64,000 bases of DNA from contig OZ245838.1 in NCBI GenBank assembly GCA_965228735.1, forward strand, positions 4,320,001 through 4,384,000, in the 5' to 3' direction. The DNA is from Planctomycetota bacterium (GTDB taxonomy: Bacteria > Planctomycetota > UBA1135 > UBA2386). Made by a program: the position numbers and the translations under genes. Below are positions 10,469 through 20,424 of this stretch, piece by piece. Numbering within the stretch: position 1 is the first letter of the stretch; every line of letters starts with the position of its first letter. The notes below the pieces were generated by a model. The model searched no databases, had not been told where the DNA came from, and saw only the letters and a program-made list of their open reading frames with translations.

Positions 10469-11269
10469 CTACTCCTCGTCTTCTTCGTTCGCCGAAGCGA
10501 GGACCGTGCCGGTTGCGGCCTTCATCGGCACGCTGCGCTCGACCGGCGTCCCCGGCGTCGGCTGGGCGGGCGCTCCCTGGCGCGCGACGAGCAGCGCTTC
10601 CTGCGCCGCTTCGTAGGTGCGGAGGCGGCGGCGGTAGTCGTCGCTGTTGCCGCCGGCCGCGATAGCCCGCTTCTGCAGGTCGACCGCGCGGTCGACCTGA
10701 CCGTTGAGGAAGCGCGCGAGCGCGATCGTGTCGATGTAGTGGTGCCGCAGCTTGCGCGACTTCTCCATCTGGTCGGCGAGCGCCAGCGCGACGCGATCGA
10801 ACTTGCCGACCGTGTCCTTGTCCGTCATCAGATCCCACGCGAGGGAGTTGAGACGACCGACGTCCTTGCCGGCGGCCGCGACGATCGTGTTGAGCGACTT
10901 CTCGGCGCGCTTCTCGTGGCCATTGTGATCGAGCCACTGATAGTGCGACATCAGCGCGCGGTTGCGCGACGGCGCGCAGCTCCGGTGCTGCTGCTTGGCG
11001 AACTGCGCATCCATCGTGTCCAGGATCTCACCGAGCTGCCGGCGCATGTCGGCGAGCTCGCGCTTGGCCTCGGCGAGCTCGCGCCGGACCTTCTTGAGCT
11101 CCTTCTGCTGGTGCCGCGTCAGCGACTGGTCCGGCTGCGGCTCCTGCACGTGGCCCGCGAGCTGGACCTCGGTGACGACGCCAGCCGCACGTTCCGGGGT
11201 CGACTCGGTGAGCAGGCACAGCGGGGTCGAGACGAGGACGGCACCGAGACAAAAGCCTTTGATCAGCAT
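10469..11269 (-). CDS. Secreted hypothetical protein with coiled coil and TPR-like helices
   Basis: GGAGAG RBS before ATG at 11269; signal peptide; LNSLAW...YIDTIALARFLNGQVDRAVDLQKRAI TPR-like motif. Confidence 0.65.
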   Translation of the reverse strand: MLIKGFCLGAVLVSTPLCLLTESTPERAAGVVTEVQLAGHVQEPQPDQSLTRHQQKELKKVRRELAEAKRELADMRRQLGEILDTMDAQFAKQQHRSCAPSRNRALMSHYQWLDHNGHEKRAEKSLNTIVAAAGKDVGRLNSLAWDLMTDKDTVGKFDRVALALADQMEKSRKLRHHYIDTIALARFLNGQVDRAVDLQKRAIAAGGNSDDYRRRLRTYEAAQEALLVARQGAPAQPTPGTPVERSVPMKAATGTVLASANEEDEE

Positions 11270-11544
11270 GAGAACTCTCCGGGGAGCGGGGTCAGACAGG
11301 GAAACAGGCGCCGCGCACCGGCCCGGGCGCGCAGCATGGCCGATACGCATTCTCCCCCGCTCCGGAGAGATTTGCAGAACGACGGCGCACGGTTCGGGTC
11401 GGGCGATTTGCCCCAGTCGTGCGGAAGCACCAGCACTCGTGCCTTCCACTCACTGAGAGGCCCACCCGTGGTCCCGTCGCGACTCGCGGCGGCCCTGGAC
11501 CGGCGCAGAAAAACCGACGCTCGCGAGGAACGGTTCGTTTGCGG

Positions 11545-12855
11545 CTAGCCGAATTCCTCGCGCGCGCCCGCCTGGCTCCCGGCGGCGAGCTCGGCAGCGG
11601 TCCTCTCCTGCTGCTGCCACTGCCCGTAGAGCGCGCCGGCGCTCGACATCTGCACGAGCCGCCGGCGCACGTTCGGCGTCAACGCCCCGGCGGCCGCCCG
11701 TCGGAACGGCGTCCCCGGCAGCGGCATGAACGTGTGCCCGTGCACCTTCGCGCCGAGCCGAACGAGCCGGTCCATGAGCCCGAACGTCGCCTCGACGTCC
11801 GTCGACTCCTCGCCCGGCAGCCCGAACAGGAAGTCGACGTGCGGCACGAAGCCGTGCTCGACGCAGAGCGCCGTCGCCCGCTCGATCGTCGCGACGTCGT
11901 GACCGCGCCGGCTCTTCTGCAACACGCGGTCGCTGCCCGACTGCCCGCCGAGGATCAGGGTGCGATTGCTCGCGTAACGCCGGATGAGCCGCAGCGCTGC
12001 CGCGGTGACGTGCTCGGGCCGGACCTCGCTCGGGAACGTGCCGAACCACAGCTTGCGCCCGGGCCCGATGTCCTCGCGAACGCCGGCGAGCAACGCCTCG
12101 ACGGCCGCGAGGTCCGGCTCGGGCCCGGTCGCGCCGTAGCTCAACGAGGTCGGCGTGAGGAAGCGCAGATCCCGGAAACCGCGCGGCACGAGATAGCGCA
12201 CCCACTCGCGCACGTTCGCGACGGAGCGATGCCGGAACATCGCGCCCGCAAAGAACGGCGTCTGGCAGAAGCGGCACGCGTAGACGCACCCGCGCGTGAT
12301 CTCGATGGGGCCATAGCGCCGGTGCTCGGGGCCGAACGGCGGGAACGCGTCGAGCTCGATGCGGTCCGCGCGACCCTGCCGCTGCAGCTCGCCCGATTCG
12401 TCGAGCCAGCCGATCCCGCGGATGTGCCGCAGGTCATCGCCGTGAACGAACGCGACCACGAGCTCGCGAATCAGCGCCTCCCCTTCCCCGGCTGCCACGA
12501 GGTCGAAGCCCGCCTGCAGCGTCGCCACCGGTTCGGCCGTCGCGTGCACGCCGCCCGCGACGTGCGTGACCCGGCGCGCGAATCCGGTCGTTCGCGCCTT
12601 CACCGCCGCGAGTTCGGAACTGAGCTGCGCGAAGTCCGGCGAGTAGAACGACCAGCCGACGAGCACGCGGCGCCCGCTGCCCACGACCTCTTCGATCGCC
12701 GCGACGACCGCGTCGACGCCGTTGCCGAACCGGATCTCGACGTCGCGGGTCCGCGGATCGGACTCGAGCGCGCCGGTCAGGACATGGAACGCGAACTTGC
12801 CGGTCCGGCGATACGCCCAGACGACGGCCGCCGGCAGGGAGTCCGGCCGCCCCAC
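11545..12855 (-). CDS. B12-binding domain/radical SAM protein (TIGR04013-like)
   Basis: CxxxCxxC (EITRGCVYACRFCQT); AGGVHATAEP B12-domain motif; GTFPSEVRPE; HTFMPLPGTP. Confidence 0.85.
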   Translation of the reverse strand: MGRPDSLPAAVVWAYRRTGKFAFHVLTGALESDPRTRDVEIRFGNGVDAVVAAIEEVVGSGRRVLVGWSFYSPDFAQLSSELAAVKARTTGFARRVTHVAGGVHATAEPVATLQAGFDLVAAGEGEALIRELVVAFVHGDDLRHIRGIGWLDESGELQRQGRADRIELDAFPPFGPEHRRYGPIEITRGCVYACRFCQTPFFAGAMFRHRSVANVREWVRYLVPRGFRDLRFLTPTSLSYGATGPEPDLAAVEALLAGVREDIGPGRKLWFGTFPSEVRPEHVTAAALRLIRRYASNRTLILGGQSGSDRVLQKSRRGHDVATIERATALCVEHGFVPHVDFLFGLPGEESTDVEATFGLMDRLVRLGAKVHGHTFMPLPGTPFRRAAAGALTPNVRRRLVQMSSAGALYGQWQQQERTAAELAAGSQAGAREEFG

Positions 12856-12856
12856 G

Positions 12857-13639
12857 TCACGCTCCGCGCGACTCGACGCGCACCCGCACGGTCGCCGCGC
12901 GATCGACCCAGGGACCGCCGGGCGCGACGTCGCCTTCGCGCGACGGACAGATCTCGAACAGCGGGCAGTTCTCGCAGTCCGGCTCGCGGGCGAGGCACAG
13001 GTAGCGGCCGAACAGCAGCAGGCGGTGGCCGCCGTCGATCCACTGGTCCTGCTCGAGCAGCGCGCACAGATCCTTCTCGACCTTGTCGGGCTTGGTCTCG
13101 GTAGTGAGTCCGAGCCGTTGCGCCACGCGCATCACGTGCGTGTCGACGACGATGCCCGACGCGATGCCGAACGCGACGCCGAGCACCACGTTCGCCGTCT
13201 TGCGCGCGACGCCCGGCAGCTGCAGCAGCGCCGTCATGTCGCGCGGCACCTCGCCACCGTACTCCTCGTGGAGCGCGAGGCTCGCGCCCTGGATCGCCTT
13301 CGCCTTGTTGCGGTAGAAGCCCGTCCGATGCACGACGGCTTCGACGTCCTCGCGCGGCGCCGCCGCCAGCGCTTCGGGCGTCGGAAACTTGTCGAACAGC
13401 ACCGGCGTCACCGTGTTGACCGTCCGATCCGTGCTCTGCGCGCTGAGGATCGTCGCGATCAGCAGCGTCCACGCGTCCGTGTGGTCGAGCTCGCACTGCG
13501 GCTTCGGGATCGCCGCCGACAGGCGACGCATCAACTCACCGATCTCGGCGGGTTCGCCGGTCGGCAACTTGGGAGCTGGTTTCTTCCGGCGGGCGGCCAC
13601 GGGTCGGCAAGAAGCTACAGCCTGCGCTCCAGGCCTCAA
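12857..13639 (-). CDS. nth: Endonuclease III (start uncertain)
   Basis: LIATILSAQSTD, HhH LPGVARKTANVV, VDTHV, Fe-S motif CLAREPDCENCPLFEICP. Confidence 0.95.
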   Translation of the reverse strand: MRPGAQAVASCRPVAARRKKPAPKLPTGEPAEIGELMRRLSAAIPKPQCELDHTDAWTLLIATILSAQSTDRTVNTVTPVLFDKFPTPEALAAAPREDVEAVVHRTGFYRNKAKAIQGASLALHEEYGGEVPRDMTALLQLPGVARKTANVVLGVAFGIASGIVVDTHVMRVAQRLGLTTETKPDKVEKDLCALLEQDQWIDGGHRLLLFGRYLCLAREPDCENCPLFEICPSREGDVAPGGPWVDRAATVRVRVESRGA

Positions 13640-14352
13640 CCGCGCGCCCCGAACACCGCGGTGCCGACCCGCACGAGCGTCGAGCCGGCCGCGATCGCGG
13701 CCTCGAGGTCACCCGACATGCCGAGGCTGAGCACGGGAAGTGCCGCGCCGGAGCGGGACCGCAGCTCGTCCCGCAGCCGCGCCACCCGCTCGAACACCGG
13801 GGCGGGGTCGCCGTCGAGCGGCCCCATCGCCATGAGGCCGGTCACGGCGATGCGCGGACAGTCGCGGTGGACGTGCTCGAGAAGAGCCGCCGCGTCCTCG
13901 GGTCGACAGCCGTGCTTCTGCGCCTCGCCGGTCGCGTTGATCTGCAGCAACGCGTCGAGGCTCGGCAAGGCCCCCGGATCGGCTGCGGCACGCCGGTCGA
14001 GCTCCTTGTGCAGCGCATCGGCGAGCCCCGCCCGGTCGAGGCTGTGCAGCAGGGCGAGCCCGGGAACGGCGAGCAACTGCCGCACCTTGTTGGTCTGCAC
14101 CGAACCGATCATGTGCCACCGCAACCCGGCCGCAGCCGCGAGGTCCGGCGCCTTGCCCATGAGTTCCTGCACGCGGTTCTCGCCGAAGTCACGCTGGCCG
14201 GCCGCGAGCGCGTCGCGAATCCGCGCGACGGGGTGCCGCTTGCTCACCGCGACGAGTTCGACCGAGTCGGGCGCACGGCCCGCGCGTTCACACGCCGCCG
14301 CGATCCGCCGCCGCACGGCAGCCAGCCCTTCCGCGACCTCGGACCCGCTCAT
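13636..14352 (-). CDS. yggS: YggS/PLPBP pyridoxal phosphate homeostasis protein
   Basis: LVAVSK, FGENRVQE, WHMIGSVQTNK, LSLGMSGD, GSTLVRVGTAVFGAR. Confidence 0.95.
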   Translation of the reverse strand: MSGSEVAEGLAAVRRRIAAACERAGRAPDSVELVAVSKRHPVARIRDALAAGQRDFGENRVQELMGKAPDLAAAAGLRWHMIGSVQTNKVRQLLAVPGLALLHSLDRAGLADALHKELDRRAAADPGALPSLDALLQINATGEAQKHGCRPEDAAALLEHVHRDCPRIAVTGLMAMGPLDGDPAPVFERVARLRDELRSRSGAALPVLSLGMSGDLEAAIAAGSTLVRVGTAVFGARG

Positions 14353-14356
14353 CGCC

Positions 14357-14737
14357 TCAGTACCCGTAGCCGTCGACCGAGTCCCAGTGCGCCGTCAGCG
14401 TGCCCGGGAACAGGACCTTGCCGCGCCGCAGGAGCGCTTCGCGGTCATCGACGACGAAGCCGCTGAGCAACGCGTCCCAGGCCTCGTAGTGATCCGTGAA
14501 CCCGACCCACTCCTGCAGCGCGTGACCGACGCGCGCGTCGCCGCTGTGCCGATCGCCGAGGTGGCGCGCGAGTCGCCGCATGAACGTCGCCGTCTCGTTC
14601 TGGAACGTCCCGGGGGTGACCTCGTCGTCGCGAAAGCCGAACTCTTCGATCAGCTCGTCGCGATACTCCGCCGCGATCTGCCGCATCGACGCCCCGAGCA
14701 GGACGTCGGCGGCCGCATTCTCGACGTTCTTGGCCAT
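14357..14737 (-). CDS. Hypothetical protein (126 aa)
   Basis: ATG 5 nt after the purH stop; fills the gap in the operon; typical codon usage. Confidence 0.65.
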   Translation of the reverse strand: MAKNVENAAADVLLGASMRQIAAEYRDELIEEFGFRDDEVTPGTFQNETATFMRRLARHLGDRHSGDARVGHALQEWVGFTDHYEAWDALLSGFVVDDREALLRRGKVLFPGTLTAHWDSVDGYGY

Positions 14738-14742
14738 CGATC

Positions 14743-16323
14743 TCAGTGCCGGAAGTGCCGGCGCCCGGTCATCGCCATGGCCATCCCGTGTTCGTCGGCG
14801 ACGGCGATCACCTCGTGATCGCGCTTGCTGCCGCCGGGCTGGATCGCCGCCGTCACGCCGGCCTGGGCGCACACCTCGAGACCATCGGGGAACGGGAAGA
14901 ACGCGTCACTCGCGACGACGGTTCCGCGAGCGTGCTCGCCGGCCTTGCTGACCGCGATCCGAGCCGCGTCGACGCGACTCATCTGGCCCGCACCGATGCC
15001 GAGCGTGGCACACGCACCGTCGGGCTCGACCTTGGCGAGCACGATCGCGTTGCTCTTGACGTGCTTGCACACTTTCCAGGCGAACAGCATCGCCGTGCGC
15101 TCGTCGTCCGTGGGCTCGCGACCGGCGGCGGACTTCAGTTCGGGATCGCCATCGACGACGTCCGGCGTCTGCAGCAGCGCGCCGCCGGACACGGGGCGCC
15201 ACGTCGGCGCGCGCCGCGCCTCCGGTCCGGGCATGCCGCCGAGCCCGAGCAGGCGAACGTTGGCACCCCACTTCGCGTTCTTCAGCTCGACGACGGCACT
15301 CGTCTCGATCTCCGGCGCGACGACGACCTCGAGGAACGTCCCGCTCGCGACGACGGCCTTGGCCAGCTCACGCGTGAACGGCCGGTTGACCGCGAGGATC
15401 CCGCCGAACGCCGAGACCGGATCGCACGCCCGCGCGAGCTCGAACGCGCGCTCCGTCGTCTCCGCGGTCGCGACGCCGCACGGATTGTTGTGCTTCACGA
15501 GGACGCACGCCGGCCGCTCGAAGTCGAGAACGGCGGCGAGCGCCGCGTCGGCGTCGAGGATGTTGTTGTAGCTCAGCTCCTTGCCGCCCAACTGCCGCGC
15601 GTTCGCGAGCGTCGGACCGGCGTCGCCGCCGACGTAGAACGCCGCGCGCTGATGCGGATTCTCGCCGTAGCGCAGGTCCTGGCGCTTCTGGTAGGCGACG
15701 GACGTGTTGGCGGCGAAGAACGGCTCGTCGGGCTCCGCTCGCCGCTCGCCGTCGAACCACTCGGCGATCGCCGCGTCGTAGGCCGCGGTGTGCGCGAACG
15801 CCTTCGCGGCGAGCCGGCGACGCAGCCCGGCTACCGCGCCCGGATCGGAGGACTCGAGCGCCTCGAGCACGGCGCCGTAGTCGCTCGGATCCACTACGAC
15901 GTAGACGCTGGCGTGGTTCTTCGCCGCGCTGCGCAGCATCGCGGGGCCGCCGATGTCGATGTTCTCGACGATGTCGTCGCGCGTCGCATCCGGCCGCGCG
16001 ACCGTCTCGCGAAAGCGATAGAGGTTGACGCCGAGCAGATCGATCGACTCGATGCCGTGCTCCGCCATCGAGGCGGCGTCGCTCTCGACGTCACGCCGCG
16101 CGAGCAGGCCACCGTGCACGCGCGGATGCAGCGTCTTGATGCGCCCCGCCATCATCTCGGGGAAGCCGGTGTAGTCCGCGACCTCACGCGCCTCGACGCC
16201 CGCGGCCTGCAGCGCACGACGCGTGCCGCCGGTCGAGAGGATGCCGTAGCCGAGCCGCGTCAGCCCCTTCGCGAAGTCGACGATCCCGTTCTTGTCGGTG
16301 ACGGACAGCAGTGCCCACTTCAT
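14743..16323 (-). CDS. purH: Bifunctional AICAR transformylase/IMP cyclohydrolase
   Basis: ALLSVTDK, GRIKTLHP, IDIGGP, LRYGENPHQ, KHVKSNAIV, ASDAFFPF, TGRRHFRH. Confidence 0.98.
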   Translation of the reverse strand: MKWALLSVTDKNGIVDFAKGLTRLGYGILSTGGTRRALQAAGVEAREVADYTGFPEMMAGRIKTLHPRVHGGLLARRDVESDAASMAEHGIESIDLLGVNLYRFRETVARPDATRDDIVENIDIGGPAMLRSAAKNHASVYVVVDPSDYGAVLEALESSDPGAVAGLRRRLAAKAFAHTAAYDAAIAEWFDGERRAEPDEPFFAANTSVAYQKRQDLRYGENPHQRAAFYVGGDAGPTLANARQLGGKELSYNNILDADAALAAVLDFERPACVLVKHNNPCGVATAETTERAFELARACDPVSAFGGILAVNRPFTRELAKAVVASGTFLEVVVAPEIETSAVVELKNAKWGANVRLLGLGGMPGPEARRAPTWRPVSGGALLQTPDVVDGDPELKSAAGREPTDDERTAMLFAWKVCKHVKSNAIVLAKVEPDGACATLGIGAGQMSRVDAARIAVSKAGEHARGTVVASDAFFPFPDGLEVCAQAGVTAAIQPGGSKRDHEVIAVADEHGMAMAMTGRRHFRH

Positions 16324-16331
16324 AGGTCGCC

Positions 16332-17430
16332 TCAGTTTTGCCGCTTCTTCAGGTAAGCCTCGATGAACGGGTCCAGATCGCCGTCCAACACGCCCTGCAC
16401 GTTCGACGTCTCGATCTCCGTCCGCAGGTCCTTGCACATCTGGTAGGGCTGCAGCACGTAGCTGCGGATCTGGTTGCCCCAGCTGATCGAGCCGCGATCG
16501 CCGTAGAACTTGGCGAGCTCCTCCTCGCGCTTGGCGAGCTCCAGCTGATAGAGCTTGGACCGCAGCGTGCGCATCGCGCTGTCGCGGTTCTTGTGCTGGC
16601 TGCGCTCGTTCTGGCAGCTCACGACGATACCCGTCGGCAGGTGGGTGATGCGGATCGCGGACTCCGTCTTGTTGACGTGCTGCCCGCCGGCGCCCGACGC
16701 GCGGAACGTGTCGACGCGCAGGTCGTCCTTCTTGATTTCCACGGACACGTCGTCGTCCATCTCGGGCACGACCTCGACGGACGCGAACGATGTCTGCCGC
16801 CGGGCGTTGCCGTCGAACGGCGAGATCCGCACGAGCCGATGCACGCCCTGCTCGGCCTTGAGCCGGCCGTAGGCGTGCGGCCCCTTGACGTGCACCGTCG
16901 CCGTCTTGATGCCGGCCTCCTCGGCCATCTGCATGTCGTACTCTTCGACGTCGTAGTCGTGCCGCGCCGACCACTTCACGTACATCCGCAGCATCATCTC
17001 GGCCCAGTCCGAGGCATCGACCCCACCCGCGCCCGGCACGATCGTCACGAACGCGTTCTTCACGTCGTGCTCGCCGCCGAGCATGAGCTGGAACTCGAGG
17101 TCGTGCAGCTTGGCGTCGATCTGCTCCCGCACCGCGGCGAGGTCGTCCGCGACGGCGGCCGGGTCCTCCTCACCGAGCTCGAGCAGCACGCGACCATCGT
17201 CGATCAGACGGGTGACGACGTCGATCGGCTCGACGACCTGGAAGCAGAGCTTCTTCTGCAGCACAAGCGGCTGCGCGCGCTCGGGCTCGTCCCAGAAGCC
17301 CGGCTGGGTCATCTGGTGCTCGATGTCCGCTAGCTCACGATGGCGCCGGACGTAGTCAAAGACTCTCCTTGAGCGTGGCCAAACGCTGGTCGGCACGATC
17401 GAGGAGGGAGCGATAGTCGGACACTGCCAT
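16332..17430 (-). CDS. prfB: Peptide chain release factor 2, with programmed +1 frameshift
   Basis: SPF and GGQ motifs (LVRISPFD, GAGGQHVNKTES). The short first ORF MAVSDY...LKESL ends at CTT TGA C. Confidence 0.97.
17355..17370 (-). promoter_or_regulatory. RF2 autoregulatory frameshift site (internal SD plus CTT-TGA-C)
   Basis: Minus strand reads AAGGAGAGT CTT TGA C; the UGA is at 17356-17358. Confidence 0.95.
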
Positions 17431-17816
17431 CAGACGCGCGATTGAAGCGCGGCCAGGGTGGAATTCCAAACCTGTCGCACGGCAGGCCCGTGGTCCCGCC
17501 GGGAGCGGCAGGAAAAGGAAACTCGCGGCGGGCACTGCAGGCAAAGGATCGAAGTCGGCGAATCAAGGCCCGCCGCGAGTTTCATGTGCGGTCGTCTCGT
17601 TGGGACGAAGTCGGCCACGGGGATGATCGGCCCCGTCCGCGACCGCATGAGCGCGGGCCAGCCGCCGACACCGAGGAACGGTGGGGGCAGCGGGCGGGCC
17701 CGGCGCTCGCATCGGCGACTCGTGCGCCGGGGGTCAGGCAAAGTTTTTTGGCGCTTCGGCGCCGCTCGGCGGCCGGCGGCCCGCCCGGACCGCCATTCTG
17801 GATCACGCAGCAGCGC

Positions 17817-17880
17817 GCCGGATCAGCTGCCGGCCGAACCAGATGCCAGCCGAATCAGATGATCGCCGAATCAGATGATC
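17817..17880. repeat. Tandem 16-bp repeat, 4 copies (2 identical, 2 degenerate)
   Basis: gccggatcagctgccg / gccgaaccagatgcca / gccgaatcagatgatc / gccgaatcagatgatc. Confidence 0.7.
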
Positions 17881-18284
17881 GTCTGCGACGCCGACTTCGC
17901 GAGGCGGCGGCGCGCGACGGCTTCGGCGGACTGGTAGCTCTTGAGCTTGTTGTAGAGCGTCTTCGTGTCGATGCCGAGGATGCGCGCCGCGCGCGTCTTG
18001 TTGCCGCCCGTCGAGGCGAGCACGCGGTGGATGTGGCGCTTCTCGATCTCGGCGAGCGGCAGCTGCAGCACGTCTTCGGGATCGGTCTCGGCGACGAGCT
18101 GACGCAGCGCGGTCGACGGTTCGGCGAGCACCATGTCGTACTCGGCGCCCTGCAGGCGGCCGCGCAGTTCATCGATCGAGGAGCAGCTGCTCGTGAGGCA
18201 GCCCCACTCGGCCGTCGCACGGGTCATCGAGGTCGCGGAAGGGTCGTTCGCGGAGAAGAGAAGCAGTCGTTTTCCGAGTGTCAT
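17871..18284 (-). CDS. Small Fis-family HTH protein with degenerate receiver-like N-terminus
   Basis: LAEIEKRHIHRVLASTGGNKTRAARILGIDTKTLYNKLKSY is an HTH_8 signature. Confidence 0.85.
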   Translation of the reverse strand: MTLGKRLLLFSANDPSATSMTRATAEWGCLTSSCSSIDELRGRLQGAEYDMVLAEPSTALRQLVAETDPEDVLQLPLAEIEKRHIHRVLASTGGNKTRAARILGIDTKTLYNKLKSYQSAEAVARRRLAKSASQTII

Positions 18285-18640
18285 GGTGCTGGGGATGGCA
18301 GTGCTGAGTCGTCATCTGCGGGCGTCGAAACGGCGATCGCAGCGGTCCGTGCGCAAGAGGGGTCTCAGTGAGGAGCTAGGCAAAACAAGCTCGGGGGCGT
18401 TGGGCTTGCTACGTCATGTCGCCTGGGCCGTGAGGCGCCTTACGACTTTTTTCTGTTTCTGCTTCAGCCGCCCGGTACTCGCGCATTCCGAACTATTCGC
18501 AGAATTCGCATTCTTCTTCCCGACCCACGAATCACACCAGGGCGGGATCGCACGGCGAACTCGGGGTTCTCCCCGACGACCGCGCCGTATCGCACGCAGC
18601 GTGAGGATTCGAACAGCGGCGTCGCGCCGCGCGCAGCGCG

Positions 18641-19558
18641 CTACTCGAACGCCTTCGAACCGAGCGACAGGTGACCCTTGCCCGTGCGCAGCATGATGCG
18701 CGTCGTCGCGTCACCGCGCGCACCGATCATCACCGCGCTGTACTTCGCCGGGTTCTCGACCGGGAACCCGAACGCGCTGTGGCACTTGCCGATCTGCGCT
18801 CTGGCGTCGAGCCGGAAGCTCGCGGTCGGCGGCACGTAGCACTGGATCGTGCCGACGCCGGTCTCGAGCCGGACCTCCTGGTCCGGCTCGCGCACGAAGA
18901 CCTGCATGTCACCGACGTCGGCCCGCAGCACGAGGTCACCGCGGTGCTCGTACGCGATCGTGTTGCCGCGGCCCGTCGCCGCCTCGATCCGACCGACGCA
19001 CGTCTCGAAGTGCAGGTCGCCGCGGCCCGTGCGCACGGTGAGCGGACCCCGCCGGTCCTTCGCCGTGACATGACCGTTCTGCGCGATTTCGATCGTGACG
19101 GGCAGCTCCGCCGGCAACCGGAACCCGACGCGCAGGGCCAGCAGGCCGGGCTGGCCGGCCGAAAGCTGGGGCGACCGCACGACGAGCGTCGACGGATCCT
19201 CGGGGTCCGGCACCGCCGCTACGGCGAGCTCGATCGCCTCGATGGCCTGCAGCTGCTCGGGCGTATTTGCGGCCCGCCGCGCACCGCCGCCCACGAGGAT
19301 CGCGGGCTCATCGGTCACGTGCAGTTCGACCGTGCCGTTGTCGACCTCGAAGCGAACCCGCTCGATGCCAGCGGGCAGCTCGACCCGGTCCTCGAACTCG
19401 GCCACCGACCGGTGCGACAAATCGCCCGAACACCCGGTCAGAAGTGGGATTACGGAAATTAGGAGTACGCTCCCGAGCACCGACCCGCGACCGACCCGGC
19501 GGCCGTGGGACCCGGACGCGGGCTGGAGCGGGACGTTCGCGCAAGAGGAATCGGACAT
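18641..19558 (-). CDS. Lipoprotein with DUF4097/adhesin-like beta-strand repeats
   Basis: Lipobox LTGC; repeated xTGxGxI/L motifs (RTGRGDL, ATGRGNT, ETGVGTI, RTGKGHL). Confidence 0.7.
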   Translation of the reverse strand: MSDSSCANVPLQPASGSHGRRVGRGSVLGSVLLISVIPLLTGCSGDLSHRSVAEFEDRVELPAGIERVRFEVDNGTVELHVTDEPAILVGGGARRAANTPEQLQAIEAIELAVAAVPDPEDPSTLVVRSPQLSAGQPGLLALRVGFRLPAELPVTIEIAQNGHVTAKDRRGPLTVRTGRGDLHFETCVGRIEAATGRGNTIAYEHRGDLVLRADVGDMQVFVREPDQEVRLETGVGTIQCYVPPTASFRLDARAQIGKCHSAFGFPVENPAKYSAVMIGARGDATTRIMLRTGKGHLSLGSKAFE

Positions 19559-19656
19559 CGCAATGGCAACGCGGGCAGGGCTCGCTTTTTCGTCGCTCAG
19601 GAGTTTCCTGTCCAGTGCCGCGTTGAGTCGCGGCCCCGCAGATCCGATCCAAACCC

Positions 19657-20394
19657 ATGCCTGCCATGCGATTCCTTCCGATTCTGGCCGCGGCCACGGC
19701 GCTCTCGACGATCCCGGCCCAGGACGCCGCCAGCGCGTTCTCCCCGGCGCAGCGGCAGGAACTGCGCGCGATGATCCGCGCCGAGATCCGCGCCGCGCTG
19801 CAGGACCTGCGGGCGGAGACCACGGCGGTCGCGAAGCCGCGGGCGCTCCAGGCCGTCGAGGTCCTGCCCGTGCGAGCCGTGAAGGCGGTCGATCCCGTGA
19901 CGGCGGTCCGGCCAGTCGAGCGGGTCCGCCCCGTGAAGGCGGTCGCGGTCGAACCGGTGAAGGCCCGGCGCGTGCGAACCCTGCCGGTGAAGTCGCTGCC
20001 CGTCGGACTCCATGCGGTGGAAGCCGAGCCGGTCGAGGCGGTTCAGGCCGAGGCGGTGAAGACGGAACCGGTCAAGGCGCGCCGTCCGATGAAGATCCTC
20101 AGCGGCACGACCGAGGCAGCACCCATCGATCCGGCAATCCTCGAACGACTGCGTTCGGGCGCCAACAAGGAGCTGCTCGACAAGCTGAAGCGCCGCGCGC
20201 GCGTCGTGCCGAGTGAGGACGGTCTGGCCGTCGCGATCACGTTCGACGCCGAGCCCGAGGCCCCTGCGGTCGACGCCGAGAAGGCGACGACGACGTCAGC
20301 CCGCATCGAGACCCGGCTGGCCAAGCTGGCCGAACTCGAGGACCGCCTCGCCCGACTCGCGAAGCGGCTACAACAGCTGCGGCGCCGCCGCTGA
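19657..20394 (+). CDS. Secreted hypothetical protein with Pro-Val repeats and C-terminal coiled coil
   Basis: Signal peptide ending PAQD; repeats such as PVRAV, PVKAV, EPVKA. Confidence 0.65.
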   Translation: MPAMRFLPILAAATALSTIPAQDAASAFSPAQRQELRAMIRAEIRAALQDLRAETTAVAKPRALQAVEVLPVRAVKAVDPVTAVRPVERVRPVKAVAVEPVKARRVRTLPVKSLPVGLHAVEAEPVEAVQAEAVKTEPVKARRPMKILSGTTEAAPIDPAILERLRSGANKELLDKLKRRARVVPSEDGLAVAITFDAEPEAPAVDAEKATTTSARIETRLAKLAELEDRLARLAKRLQQLRRRR

Positions 20395-20424
20395 TCCCCG
20401 CTGCCCTTCGACGAGACGATTCCG

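Noticed and set aside
18595..18630. GTTCGAATCC tRNA T-loop-like motif on the minus strand
   Set aside because: Flanks do not form a T-stem or cloverleaf.
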